From: Gammaproteobacteria bacterium
GTDB taxonomy: Bacteria; Pseudomonadota; Gammaproteobacteria; Steroidobacterales; Steroidobacteraceae
Direction of reading: 5' to 3'
DNA: 64,000 nucleotides
Assembly: GCA_028870275.1 (NCBI GenBank)
Contig: JAGWPY010000067.1
Location: 1,884-65,883 of the forward strand
Shown: piece after piece, positions 27,297-36,666 of the stretch
Layout of the letters: each line of letters starts with the position of its first letter
How positions within the stretch are numbered: the first letter of the stretch is position 1
Made by a program: the position numbers and the translations under genes
The notes under the pieces: generated by a model
Databases searched by the model: none
What the model was told of the DNA's origin: nothing
Seen by the model: only the letters and a program-made list of their open reading frames with translations

Positions 27297-28151
27297 TCAG
27301 GTCGGGGCGAATTCCGCGGCGAGTTCGGCCGAGCGCCGCCGGGCGGCACCGAGCGCTCGTGCGACGATCGCGCCGAACCCAGCCGCCTCGAACTCGGCCA
27401 GGGCCGCCGCGGTGGTGCCGCCCTTGGACGTGACCTGCTCGCGCAAGGTCGCGAGCGACGCCGTGTCCGCGTGCGCCATCTGCGCTGCGCCGAGCGCGGT
27501 CTCGACCGTGAGCCGATGGGCGGCATCCGCCGGCAGCCCGAGGTCCCGGGCGGCGCTCTCGAGCGCTTCCATGAGCAGGAAGAAGTAAGCCGGGCCGCTG
27601 CCCGACAGGGCGGTGACCACGTCCATCTGTTCTTCGTGCTCGACCCAGACCGTCAATCCAACCGCTCCCAGGATCGCTTCGGCCCGATCGCGATCGAGCG
27701 CGGATACGGTCGGTGGCGCAAACAGACCGGTTGCCCCGAATCCCTGCAGGGCTGGACGGTTCGGCATCGCCCGTACGATCGGCTGCGGCCTGGTCAGCCA
27801 GCGGCCGATGGACGCGTGGTCGATTCCGGCGGCAATGGAGATCACGAGAGCCTTCGGATCGCCGATGCGCGGCGCGAGATCGACGAGGACCGAGCGCATC
27901 TGTTGCGGCTTCACGGCGAGCAGCACCACGTCGGCCGTCGCGGCGAACGCCCCGGCATCCGCATGCGCGATGAGTCCAAATTGCACCCGAAGGTCCTCGC
28001 GCCGTGCCGCATCGGGGTCGACGACCGACAGGCTCTGCGCGGAAATGCCGCGTCGGAGCAGGCCGCCGATCAGTGCCGCCGCCATGTTGCCGCCGCCGAT
28101 GAACAAAATTCTGCCGGGATCCTGCATCGCGCTCACCACCTCATACACCAT
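27297..28151 (-). CDS. proC: pyrroline-5-carboxylate reductase
   Basis: ..ILFIGGGNMAAALIGGL.., ..MPNRPAL.., ..GSGPAYFFLLMEAL.., TSKGGTT. Confidence 0.92.
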   Translation of the reverse strand: MVYEVVSAMQDPGRILFIGGGNMAAALIGGLLRRGISAQSLSVVDPDAARREDLRVQFGLIAHADAGAFAATADVVLLAVKPQQMRSVLVDLAPRIGDPKALVISIAAGIDHASIGRWLTRPQPIVRAMPNRPALQGFGATGLFAPPTVSALDRDRAEAILGAVGLTVWVEHEEQMDVVTALSGSGPAYFFLLMEALESAARDLGLPADAAHRLTVETALGAAQMAHADTASLATLREQVTSKGGTTAAALAEFEAAGFGAIVARALGAARRRSAELAAEFAPT

Positions 28152-28155
28152 GCGA

Positions 28156-28851
28156 TCAATGACGTTCGCCGAACAGTGCCGTACCGATCCGCACGTGGGT
28201 CGCCCCCGCGGCGATCGCGGCCTCGAAGTCGCCGCTCATGCCCATCGACAACACGTCCATGGCGAACCCCTCGGCATTCATCCTCTCGCGCAGCGCGCGC
28301 ATCTCGGTGAACACGGCGTGCTGGCGCTGCGGGTCGGACAGCGCGGGCGGCAGGCACATCAGGCCCCGCAGGCGCAGCCGAGGCAGGCGTACGACCGCGC
28401 CGGCGAGTTCGGGTACTGCGGCGGGAGGCAGGCCGCCCTTGCCGGCTTCGGCCACGAGCGCCACCTGTATGCAAACCTGCAGCGGCGGCAGGTGCGGCGA
28501 ACGCTGATCCGACAGGCGGCGGGCGATCTCGATCCGATCCAGGCCGTGAACCCAGGCAAACCGCGAGGCGATCGCGCGAGTCTTGTTGGCCTGAACCCGC
28601 CCGATGTAATGCCAGGTGAGCGGCAGGTCGGCGAGGAGGTCGATCTTCGTCTCGGCCTCCTGCAGGTAGTTTTCACCGAAATCCGTGACGCCTGCCGCGG
28701 CCGCCGCCCGCAGGACTTCGGCAGGCTGTGTCTTGCCGACCGCGACCAGGGTGACGTCGGCGGGGTCACGGCCGGCCGAGACCGCGGCGCGCGCGATGCG
28801 CTCGCGGACGGCCGCCAGCGCGACCGGCAAATTCTGCGGACCAATTAACAT
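28156..28851 (-). CDS. yggS: YggS family PLP-binding homeostasis protein
   Basis: 231 aa, ..TLVAVGKTQP.. (PLP Lys), ..WHYIGRVQANK.., ..LSMGMSGDFEAAI. Confidence 0.9.
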   Translation of the reverse strand: MLIGPQNLPVALAAVRERIARAAVSAGRDPADVTLVAVGKTQPAEVLRAAAAAGVTDFGENYLQEAETKIDLLADLPLTWHYIGRVQANKTRAIASRFAWVHGLDRIEIARRLSDQRSPHLPPLQVCIQVALVAEAGKGGLPPAAVPELAGAVVRLPRLRLRGLMCLPPALSDPQRQHAVFTEMRALRERMNAEGFAMDVLSMGMSGDFEAAIAAGATHVRIGTALFGERH

Positions 28852-28916
28852 ATTGGCCGTCCATACCCTCTTATATACTCGAACGTGGCCAAAAGAGGCC
28901 CGATCAGGAGCCGTCC

Positions 28917-29957
28917 ATGGCGGTCGACATCGCTCAGCTGCTCGCCTTCGCGGTCAAGAATCACGCGTCCGACCTTCATCTGTCGGCCGGCGTGCCGCCC
29001 ATGATCCGCGTCGACGGCGACATGAAGCGCATCAACATGCCGGCGCTCGCGCACAAGGAAGTGCACAGCATGGTGTACGACATCATGAACGACAAGCAGC
29101 GCAAGGCGTTCGAGGAATTCTTCGAGACGGACTTTTCGTTCGAGATCCCCAAGCTCGCGCGCTTCCGCGTCAATGCATTCAACCAGAACCGCGGCGCGGG
29201 CGCGGTGTTCCGCACCATCCCCTCGACCATACTCTCGCTCGACGAGCTCAATGCCCCGAAGACTTTCAAGGACTTGTGCATGCTCCCCCGGGGCCTCGTG
29301 CTGGTCACGGGACCGACCGGATCCGGCAAGTCGACCACGCTCGCGGCGATGGTCAATCACTGCAACGACAACCGGCCAGACCACATTATAACCATCGAGG
29401 ACCCGATCGAGTTCGTGCACGAGAGCAAGCGCTGTCTGGTCAATCAGCGCGAGGTCCATCGCGACACGCTCGGATTCAGCGAGGCGCTGCGCTCGGCGCT
29501 GCGCGAGGACCCCGATGTCGTGCTGGTCGGAGAAATGCGCGATCTGGAGACGATCCGCCTCGCCCTGACCGCGGCCGAGACCGGCCACCTCGTGTTCGGC
29601 ACGCTGCACACGAGTTCGGCGGCCAAGACGATCGATCGCATCGTCGACGTCTTTCCGGCGGCGGAGAAGGAAATGGTGCGCGCGATGCTCTCCGAGAGCC
29701 TGCGCGCGGTGATCTCGCAGACGCTCATGAAGAAGATCGGCGGCGGGCGTATTGCGGCGCACGAAATCATGATCGGAACACCCGCGATCCGTAACTTGAT
29801 TCGCGAAGGGAAAATTGCCCAAATGTACTCCGCGATCCAGACGGGCCAGGCGCAGGGCATGCAGACGCTCGATCAGTGCCTGCAGGACCTCGTGCAGAAG
29901 GGCCTCGTCAGTCGCGAGGAAGCCCGCTACAAGGCGCAGAACAAGGACAGCATCTGA
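28917..29957 (+). CDS. pilT: type IV pilus retraction ATPase PilT
   Basis: 346 aa, ASDLHLSAG, Walker A GPTGSGKST, TIEDPIEF, and the PilT-specific GTPAIRNLIREGK. Confidence 0.95.
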   Translation: MAVDIAQLLAFAVKNHASDLHLSAGVPPMIRVDGDMKRINMPALAHKEVHSMVYDIMNDKQRKAFEEFFETDFSFEIPKLARFRVNAFNQNRGAGAVFRTIPSTILSLDELNAPKTFKDLCMLPRGLVLVTGPTGSGKSTTLAAMVNHCNDNRPDHIITIEDPIEFVHESKRCLVNQREVHRDTLGFSEALRSALREDPDVVLVGEMRDLETIRLALTAAETGHLVFGTLHTSSAAKTIDRIVDVFPAAEKEMVRAMLSESLRAVISQTLMKKIGGGRIAAHEIMIGTPAIRNLIREGKIAQMYSAIQTGQAQGMQTLDQCLQDLVQKGLVSREEARYKAQNKDSI

Positions 29958-29958
29958 T

Positions 29959-31116
29959 ATGGAACGCGACCAGGCGATTCGGCTGATGCAGGACCTCCTG
30001 CGCCGAATGGTTGAAAAGAAGGGCTCGGACCTGTTCATCACCGCGGGGTTCCCGCCGGCGATCAAGATCGACGGAGAGATCCGCCCGCAGTCCGAGCGCT
30101 CCCTGACCGCCGAACAGAGCGCCTCGCTCGTGCGTGCGATCATGAACGACCGTCAGACGCGCGAGTTCGACGCGACCAAGGAGTGCAATTTCGCGATCGC
30201 GCCGCCGGGAATCGGCCGGTTCCGCGTGAGCGCGTTCATCCAGCAGGGCTACACGGGAGCGGTGCTGCGCACCATCAACGCGCGAATCCCGAGCATCGAA
30301 GAGCTGGAACTGCCGGTCGTATTGAAGGAAGTGGTGCTGTCCAAGCGCGGCCTGGTGATCCTGGTGGGTGGCACGGGCTCGGGAAAGTCGACCTCGCTCG
30401 CGGCCATGGTCGGCTACCGCAACGAAAAAACCCGCGGCCACATCGTTACGATCGAGGATCCGGTGGAGTACGTGCATCCCCACAAGGGCTGCGTGATCAC
30501 CCACCGTGAGGTCGGCGTGGATTGCGAGAGCTGGCTGGTCGCCCTCAAGAATACGCTGCGTCAGGCGCCGGACGTGATCCTGATCGGCGAGATCCGCGAC
30601 CGAGAAACCATGGAATACTGCATCCAGTTCGCCGAGACGGGCCACCTCGTGCTCGCGACCCTGCACGCCAACAGCTCGAACCAGGCTCTGGACCGCATCA
30701 TCAATTTCTTTCCGGAGGAACGGCGCGAACAGCTGCTGATGGACCTGTCCCTGAACATCCGCGCGCTGATCTCCCAGCGGCTGATTCCACGCGAATCGGG
30801 GTCCGGACGCATCGCCGCCATGGAAATCATGCTGCAGTCGCCGCTGATCTCCGACCTCATTTTCAAAGGCGATGTCTCCAAGATCAAGGACGTCATGGCC
30901 AGGTCGAACCGGCTCGGCATGAAGACCTTCGATCAGGCGCTGTTCGAGATCTACGAGGCCGGCCTGATCTCCTACGAGGACGCCCTGCGCAACGCCGACT
31001 CCAAGAATGAGCTGCGATTGCGAGTCAAGCTCGAGAGCAAGCGCGAAATGAGGAATCCCGACGACGGCGGCCAGTCGCTGCAGATCGTCGAGGAAGAAGA
31101 AGGCCAGGTGTTCTAG
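29959..31116 (+). CDS. pilU: PilT-family ATPase PilU
   Basis: ATG lies 2 nt after the pilT stop. GSDLFITAG, Walker A GGTGSGKST, TIEDPVEY; PLISDLIFKG replaces the AIRNLIRE motif. Confidence 0.9.
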   Translation: MERDQAIRLMQDLLRRMVEKKGSDLFITAGFPPAIKIDGEIRPQSERSLTAEQSASLVRAIMNDRQTREFDATKECNFAIAPPGIGRFRVSAFIQQGYTGAVLRTINARIPSIEELELPVVLKEVVLSKRGLVILVGGTGSGKSTSLAAMVGYRNEKTRGHIVTIEDPVEYVHPHKGCVITHREVGVDCESWLVALKNTLRQAPDVILIGEIRDRETMEYCIQFAETGHLVLATLHANSSNQALDRIINFFPEERREQLLMDLSLNIRALISQRLIPRESGSGRIAAMEIMLQSPLISDLIFKGDVSKIKDVMARSNRLGMKTFDQALFEIYEAGLISYEDALRNADSKNELRLRVKLESKREMRNPDDGGQSLQIVEEEEGQVF

Positions 31117-31119
31117 GTC

Positions 31120-32226
31120 ATGTCCGCAGTCGCACCCACGACCCCGCCCGCGTCCGCCCCCGCGCAGACGATGAATACCAAACCGCTGTTCAAGCTGATG
31201 GTCGAGAAGAAGGCCTCCGACCTGTTCTTCACCTGCAATGCGCCGGTGAAGATCAAGATCGAGGGTAAGATCTTCCCGGTCAACAAGCAGGTCCTGAGCC
31301 CGGAGACGGTGCGACAGGCCGCGCTCGGCCTGATGACCCAGGAGCAGATCGAACATTTCAACGAGGACCTGGAGATCGACTTTGCGATCTCCGAGCCCGG
31401 ACTCGGACGGTTTCGCGTCAACGTCTTCTACCAGCGCGGCTATCCGGCAATGGTGCTGCGCTACATCACCGCGGAAATGCCCCGCCTCGAGGATCTCGGT
31501 ACGCCGGAGGTGCTCAAGGAGCTGGTGATGCTGCGGCGCGGTCTCGTGCTGATGGTCGGTGGGGCGGGCGCGGGCAAGTCGACCACGCTCGCGGCGATGC
31601 TCAACTATCGCAACGAGACCTCCTCGGACCACATCCTCACGATCGAGGATCCGATCGAGTTCCTGCACACGAACAAGAAATCGATCGTCAATCAGCGCGA
31701 AGTGGGGCTCGATACCAAGTCCTACGCGCGAGCCTTGCGCAGCGCCGTGCGCGCCGCCCCGGACGTGATCCTGATCGGCGAAATCCGCGATCGGGAGACC
31801 ATGGAGGCGGCCATCGCCCTGGCCGGTACCGGCCATCTGTGCATCGCGACGCTGCACGCGAACAACTGCGCCGAAACCCTCGATCGCATCATCAACATGT
31901 TCCCCCGGGATCAGCACAACCAGATCTTCCTCGATCTTTCCCAGTACCTGCGCGCAATCCTTTCGCAGCGTCTCGTGCTCGCGAAGAGCGGGTCCCGCGT
32001 CGCCGCCTGCGAAGTGATGGTCAACACGCCGCACATCAGCGAGCTGATCAAGAAAGGCGACGTGATCGGAGTCAAGGAGGCGATCCGCACCGGAACCGAG
32101 CGCGGCATGTTGTCGTTCGACAATGCGCTCTACAACCTCGTGCGCGAGGGCAGGATCGATCTCGAGGAGGCGCTCGTGGCCGCGGACTCCCGCACCAACC
32201 TCGAAGCCAAGATCAACTTCGGCTGA
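31120..32226 (+). CDS. third tandem PilT/PilU-family ATPase (PilU-like paralogue)
   Basis: ATG lies 3 nt after the pilU stop. ASDLFFTCN, Walker A GGAGAGKST, TIEDPIEF, TLHANN, PHISELIKKG; 368 aa with an Ala/Pro-rich N-terminus. Confidence 0.88.
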   Translation: MSAVAPTTPPASAPAQTMNTKPLFKLMVEKKASDLFFTCNAPVKIKIEGKIFPVNKQVLSPETVRQAALGLMTQEQIEHFNEDLEIDFAISEPGLGRFRVNVFYQRGYPAMVLRYITAEMPRLEDLGTPEVLKELVMLRRGLVLMVGGAGAGKSTTLAAMLNYRNETSSDHILTIEDPIEFLHTNKKSIVNQREVGLDTKSYARALRSAVRAAPDVILIGEIRDRETMEAAIALAGTGHLCIATLHANNCAETLDRIINMFPRDQHNQIFLDLSQYLRAILSQRLVLAKSGSRVAACEVMVNTPHISELIKKGDVIGVKEAIRTGTERGMLSFDNALYNLVREGRIDLEEALVAADSRTNLEAKINFG

Positions 32227-33259
32227 TCAGAGCCTCGCGATCCGCGGCGCTTTCGGCCGCGCCGAAGCAGGGCGTCAGATGGCCCTCGAACTGGCGGGTG
32301 CAGACATCCCATCCCGCGCTCAGAGCGCGCCGACGGCAGGCCGCCGGGTCCACCGCCAGGGCCCGCAAGGCCGCTTGCGCGAGATTCTCGTCCAGCGCGC
32401 CGGTCACTCCGTCCTCAACGACATCGGCCGGTCCGCTGACCGGAAACGCGGCGACCGGTACCGCGCAGGCCATCGCCTCGAGATTCACGAGGCCGAACGT
32501 GTCGGTGCGGCTCGGGAAGACCATCACGTCGAGCGCGGCGAGCCGGGATGCGAGCGCCTCGCCGTAGAGAAAGCCGAGGAAGTGCGCGTTCGGATGGGAT
32601 GACTGCAGGCTCGCGCGCGCCGGCCCGTCGCCGATCACGACCTTGGATCCTTCCCAGGGCATGGACAGAAACGCCGCGACGTTCTTCTCGACGGCGACCC
32701 GGCCGACATAGCCCGCAATCGGCCGCGGCAGATCGAGCGCCCCCTTGTCCCGCGGCCTGAACATTTCGGTGTCGACGCCGCGCTGCCAGAGGGCCAGGTT
32801 GGCGAACCCGTAGCTCTCGAGCTCGCCGCGCAGCGATGCGGTGCTGACCATGCAGCGGCGCGCGCGGGAATGAAACCAGCGCAGAGCCCGGTAGGAGGCA
32901 CCGAGCGGAATGGGTGCGCGGGCGCGCAGATATTGCGGAAAGCGGGTGTGATACGAAGTCGTGAACCGCAGGCCGCCTTGCAACGCGTGACGCCGGGCCG
33001 CGAGTCCCAAGGGGCCCTCGGTGGCGATGTGCAGCGCATCGGGCGCGAATTCGCCGATCATCCGGCCTATTCCGCGGGAAGGCCAGAGTGCCAGCCTGAT
33101 TTCGGGGTAGGTCGGGCAAGGCAGGCTGCGGAAATGCTGCGGGCCGATCACGCGGACCTCGTGCCCGAACCGGCGCAGCCATTCGGCCGTGTGGGTCAGC
33201 GTATTGACGACGCCGTTCGTCTGCGGATGCCAGGCATCGCTCACGATCATGATGCGCAA
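32213..33259 (-). CDS. GT4-family glycosyltransferase, SQD2/glycolipid-synthase-like
   Basis: MRIMIVSDAWHPQTNGVVNTLTHT.., ..TSYHTRFPQYL.., ..FPSRTDTFGLVNLEAMACAVPVAAF. Architecture parallels SQD2-type diacylglycerol glycosyltransferases. Confidence 0.8.
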   Translation of the reverse strand: MRIMIVSDAWHPQTNGVVNTLTHTAEWLRRFGHEVRVIGPQHFRSLPCPTYPEIRLALWPSRGIGRMIGEFAPDALHIATEGPLGLAARRHALQGGLRFTTSYHTRFPQYLRARAPIPLGASYRALRWFHSRARRCMVSTASLRGELESYGFANLALWQRGVDTEMFRPRDKGALDLPRPIAGYVGRVAVEKNVAAFLSMPWEGSKVVIGDGPARASLQSSHPNAHFLGFLYGEALASRLAALDVMVFPSRTDTFGLVNLEAMACAVPVAAFPVSGPADVVEDGVTGALDENLAQAALRALAVDPAACRRRALSAGWDVCTRQFEGHLTPCFGAAESAADREALISRS

Positions 33260-33479
33260 GTGCTTGCTCCCGATGTCGATGCGTCGGCCCCGGCGATGTC
33301 CACCCGACGGCTGCGAAGCATGACATCGGCGCGTGACGTTCCCGTGACTGGCCGATCGGTACCGGTCATATTCCCCGGCGACGCCCCGCGACCGTCACAT
33401 GTTTGCAACGCAGACCATATATTTCATATGCGTGTCCGATTCGTCGCAATGAACTCGATGCCCGTTCCAAGGAGTCACG

Positions 33480-34088
33480 ATGAGCAGTTTTAGAGAAGCG
33501 CTCGCCACGCAGCGCTGGGACGATCACCGCTACTATCATCACAGCCGCATCAACCAGTCGCTGCATTTCTTCAGCGCCGTCTCTTTCCTGTACGCCTACG
33601 CGGAGGCGTTCAAGGATCCGGCCGTTTCGGCGCTCATCGGCTGGCTGTTCGCCATGGTGAGCCGCCAGGCCGGGCACTTCTTCTTCGAACCCAAGGGCTA
33701 CGACGAGGCGAACGACGCGACCCACGAATACAAGGAGGAAATCAAAGTGGGTTACAACCTGCGCCGCAAAGTCGTGCTGATCGCGATCTGGGCGCTGTCG
33801 CCGTTGCCGCTGCTGTGGGATCCGACGTTTTTCGGCCTGTTCCACGCCACCGCCGGCCGTCCGGACTATCTGCGCGAAGTAGGCACTCTGTGGTTGGCCG
33901 TTGGCATCGGCGGATTGCTGTTCCGGACCGTCCAGCTGTTCGTGATCCGCGACCTGCAGACCGGCCTGGTATGGATCACCAAGATCCTCACCGATCCATT
34001 CCACGACGTGAAACTCTATTGCACGGCGCCATTCCACCTGTTGCGCGGCGAGCTGCTCGATCCGTCCATCGGCGAGCATCGCGCTTGA
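33480..34088 (+). CDS. His-rich integral membrane protein, possibly Mpo1/DUF962-like
   Basis: Strong RBS AAGGAG 7 nt upstream. HRYYHHSRINQSLHFF and RQAGHFFFEP resemble the DUF962 His motifs; 3-4 TM segments. Family assignment is tentative. Confidence 0.6.
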   Translation: MSSFREALATQRWDDHRYYHHSRINQSLHFFSAVSFLYAYAEAFKDPAVSALIGWLFAMVSRQAGHFFFEPKGYDEANDATHEYKEEIKVGYNLRRKVVLIAIWALSPLPLLWDPTFFGLFHATAGRPDYLREVGTLWLAVGIGGLLFRTVQLFVIRDLQTGLVWITKILTDPFHDVKLYCTAPFHLLRGELLDPSIGEHRA

Positions 34089-35743
34089 AGCATCTCGCCT
34101 AGCACTCGGCGGCGGATCGAACGGTTGCTGCGTGCGGCATCCCGCCACCACCATCCATCCTGACGCATCGCCTCGGCCGCAGACACGATCCGGTCCGCGA
34201 CCGAGGCGAAGTCGGATGCGGTGTAGTTCAGGCTGAAGATGAGCCGGCCCGTGCCCACCCAGCTGAGCGCGAGGCCGGCGTCGCGCAGGTAATACTGCAG
34301 CAGCCAATGGTATCGACCAGGTTCAAGGTAGTACATGCTCCAGATCGAGGATAAATTCGCGACCCGTACCGGCAACGCGGCCGCGGCCAGGCGCTCGTTC
34401 AACGCGGCGGCGCGGCCGTTCCAGGTGTCGTCGAGGCCCGCGTACATCGCCCTCACCGGTTCGGTGTCGAGCCTTTGAAGAAATTCGTACATCGACCCCA
34501 TGACGTAGGGGTGCGCATTGAAGGTGCCGCGGGCGAAGCAGACGTCGGCAGGGCGATCCTCGCGAAAGCGCCGCATCAGGTCGCGGCGTCCGCAGACGAC
34601 GCCAACCGGCAGCCCTCCGGCGATCGTCTTGCCGTAAGTGACCAGGTCGGCCGCCACGCCAAAATATTCCTGGGCGCCGCCGCGCGCGAGCCGAAAGCCG
34701 ACGAAGACCTCGTCGAAGATCAGCACGATCCCGCGGGCGCTGCACACCTCGCGCAGCGATTGCAGCCAGGCGCGGTAGCGCGCGCGGTCGAAGCCCGCGC
34801 GGCGGCTGCCGTCGATCAGCGCGGAGTCGCCGGGCGCGTTCGCGTTCGGATGCAGCGCCTGCAACGGGTTCACCAATACACAGGCGATGTCGCGACGCGT
34901 GCGCAGCACCCGCAAGGTCGCCTCGTCCATCTCCTTCAGCGTGTACGTGTCGTTGGCCGGCACCGGATTGCCCGCGCCGGGCTGCACCTCGCCCCACCAG
35001 CCATGGTAGGCGCCGCAGAAGCGGACGATCTTGCGGCGTCGCGTGTGATACCGCGCGAGGCGCACCGCCTGCATCACGGCCTCGGTGCCGGACATATGGA
35101 AGGAGATCTCGTCCTGCGCGGAGATCTCGAGGATCCGACGCACGTTCTCGGCGACCAGCGGATGGTAGACGCCGAGCACCGGTCCGAGTTCGCGCACCCG
35201 CTCGGCGCCGCGGTCGATGCACTCCTTGTAGAAATCGTAGCCGAACAGGTTCACGCCGTACGACCCGCTGAGGTCGAAATAGCGATTGCCGTCGAGGTCG
35301 ACGATCCCGACGCCGGCGGAGGACTGCATGAACGCGCCGATCGGCAGCCGCTCGCGCACGTAGCGGCTGAATTGGTACGGCACACGGTAACGCGAGGTGA
35401 ACTGCAGATCCGAGATTCCGCCACGGGCCTGCGCCGTGAGCCGAAGACTCGACGCGCAGCGATCGCGCAGCCGGGTCGCCAATGCGTCGAAGCCGGATTT
35501 GCGAGCCGCGACGACCGCCTGCGGAGCGCCATCGACCTGAAAGAACGTCGATTCGCCGTATTCGTAATACGGCACGAGCGCGGCGAAGCGGCGCGACAGC
35601 CGCGCGTGCCCGGCCAACGAGCGATGTTTCGCGGCGGAGAGTTGCAGGCGCCGCCACAGCGCCCGGCCCGCGAGGCTCAAGACGAGAGCGGACGGCAGGA
35701 CATAACCGATGGTATTCCAAAGCAGGGCGGTGATTTCTGGCAC
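34016..35743 (-). CDS. class III (GSA-aminomutase-like) PLP aminotransferase with an N-terminal TM anchor and ~150-aa extension
   Basis: GTG 35743 is preceded by GGAGGA. TM segment ITALLWNTIGYVLPSALVLSLAG. ..DLDGNRYFDLSGSYGVNLFGY.., ..FHMSGTEAVM.., FDEVFVGFR, YGKTIAGGLPVGVV (PLP Lys). Confidence 0.8.
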   Translation of the reverse strand: MPEITALLWNTIGYVLPSALVLSLAGRALWRRLQLSAAKHRSLAGHARLSRRFAALVPYYEYGESTFFQVDGAPQAVVAARKSGFDALATRLRDRCASSLRLTAQARGGISDLQFTSRYRVPYQFSRYVRERLPIGAFMQSSAGVGIVDLDGNRYFDLSGSYGVNLFGYDFYKECIDRGAERVRELGPVLGVYHPLVAENVRRILEISAQDEISFHMSGTEAVMQAVRLARYHTRRRKIVRFCGAYHGWWGEVQPGAGNPVPANDTYTLKEMDEATLRVLRTRRDIACVLVNPLQALHPNANAPGDSALIDGSRRAGFDRARYRAWLQSLREVCSARGIVLIFDEVFVGFRLARGGAQEYFGVAADLVTYGKTIAGGLPVGVVCGRRDLMRRFREDRPADVCFARGTFNAHPYVMGSMYEFLQRLDTEPVRAMYAGLDDTWNGRAAALNERLAAAALPVRVANLSSIWSMYYLEPGRYHWLLQYYLRDAGLALSWVGTGRLIFSLNYTASDFASVADRIVSAAEAMRQDGWWWRDAARSNRSIRRRVLGEMLQARCSPMDGSSSSPRNRWNGAVQ

Positions 35744-35787
35744 GGCGATCCTCCGCGGCCAATGTATTACCGGCCGATGACGGTTCG

Positions 35788-36666
35788 ATGACCATGCGCG
35801 GGCCATTGGCGCGGATCGGCCGGATCGATGGGCTCAACTTCCTCCTGACCAATGCGATTCCGCGCCGTCTCGCCACGCTGCTGATGGGCCGCATCAGTCG
35901 CATCGAGAGCGAGTGGTTCACGGCGGTCGGGATCGCGGTATGGAAGCTGTTCTGCGATCTGGATCTCTCGGAGTCCAAAGCGCAACGGTTCCGCAGTCTC
36001 CAGGAGTGCTTCACGCGCGAACTCGCACCCGGAGCCCGACCGATCGATGCCGATCCCGCGGTTCTCGCCAGTCCCTGCGACGCGATCGTGGGCGCAGTCG
36101 GGCGCATTGAATGCGGTACCCTGCTTCAGGCCAAGGGATCGACCTACCGGCTCGCCGACCTGCTGCAAGACTCGTCGACCGCCGAACGCCTCGAGGGCGG
36201 ATATTTCGTGACTCTGCGTCTGACGGCCGGCATGTACCACCGCTTCCATGCGCCGCAGGACTGCGTCATCGAGCAGATCGACTACGTCGCGGGCGACGCC
36301 TGGAACGTCAATCCGCCGACGCTCGCCCGCATGGAGCGGCTGTTCTGCCGAAACGAGCGAGCCGTGTTGCGCCTGCGGCTGGCGGACGGCGCGAGGATCA
36401 ACCTGGTTCCGGTCGCCGCGGTGCTGGTGGCGAGCATCCGCTTCACCTTCCTCGACGTCAGGCTGCATCTGCGCTACCGGGGGCCGAACCGAATCCCCTG
36501 CGACGCCAGATTGAGCAAGGGCGATTCCATGGGGTGGTTCGAGCACGGATCGACGATCATCGTGCTCGTGCCGCGCGGATTCGTGCCGCCGGCAAACTTG
36601 CGCTCCGGCGCCAGGATCCGCGCCGGCGAGGCCTTGCTGCGCTCGGTCGAGAGCGAACGCCGCTAG
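35788..36666 (+). CDS. psd: phosphatidylserine decarboxylase proenzyme
   Basis: ..YFVTLRLTAGMYHRFHAP..YVAGDAWNVNP..LFCRNERAV..GWFEHGSTIIVL (GS autocleavage site). Confidence 0.85.
   Translation: MTMRGPLARIGRIDGLNFLLTNAIPRRLATLLMGRISRIESEWFTAVGIAVWKLFCDLDLSESKAQRFRSLQECFTRELAPGARPIDADPAVLASPCDAIVGAVGRIECGTLLQAKGSTYRLADLLQDSSTAERLEGGYFVTLRLTAGMYHRFHAPQDCVIEQIDYVAGDAWNVNPPTLARMERLFCRNERAVLRLRLADGARINLVPVAAVLVASIRFTFLDVRLHLRYRGPNRIPCDARLSKGDSMGWFEHGSTIIVLVPRGFVPPANLRSGARIRAGEALLRSVESERR

Noticed and set aside
29908-32034. 708-aa minus-strand ORF
   Set aside because: Antisense to pilU and the third PilU-like gene, both of which have unambiguous ATPase motifs.
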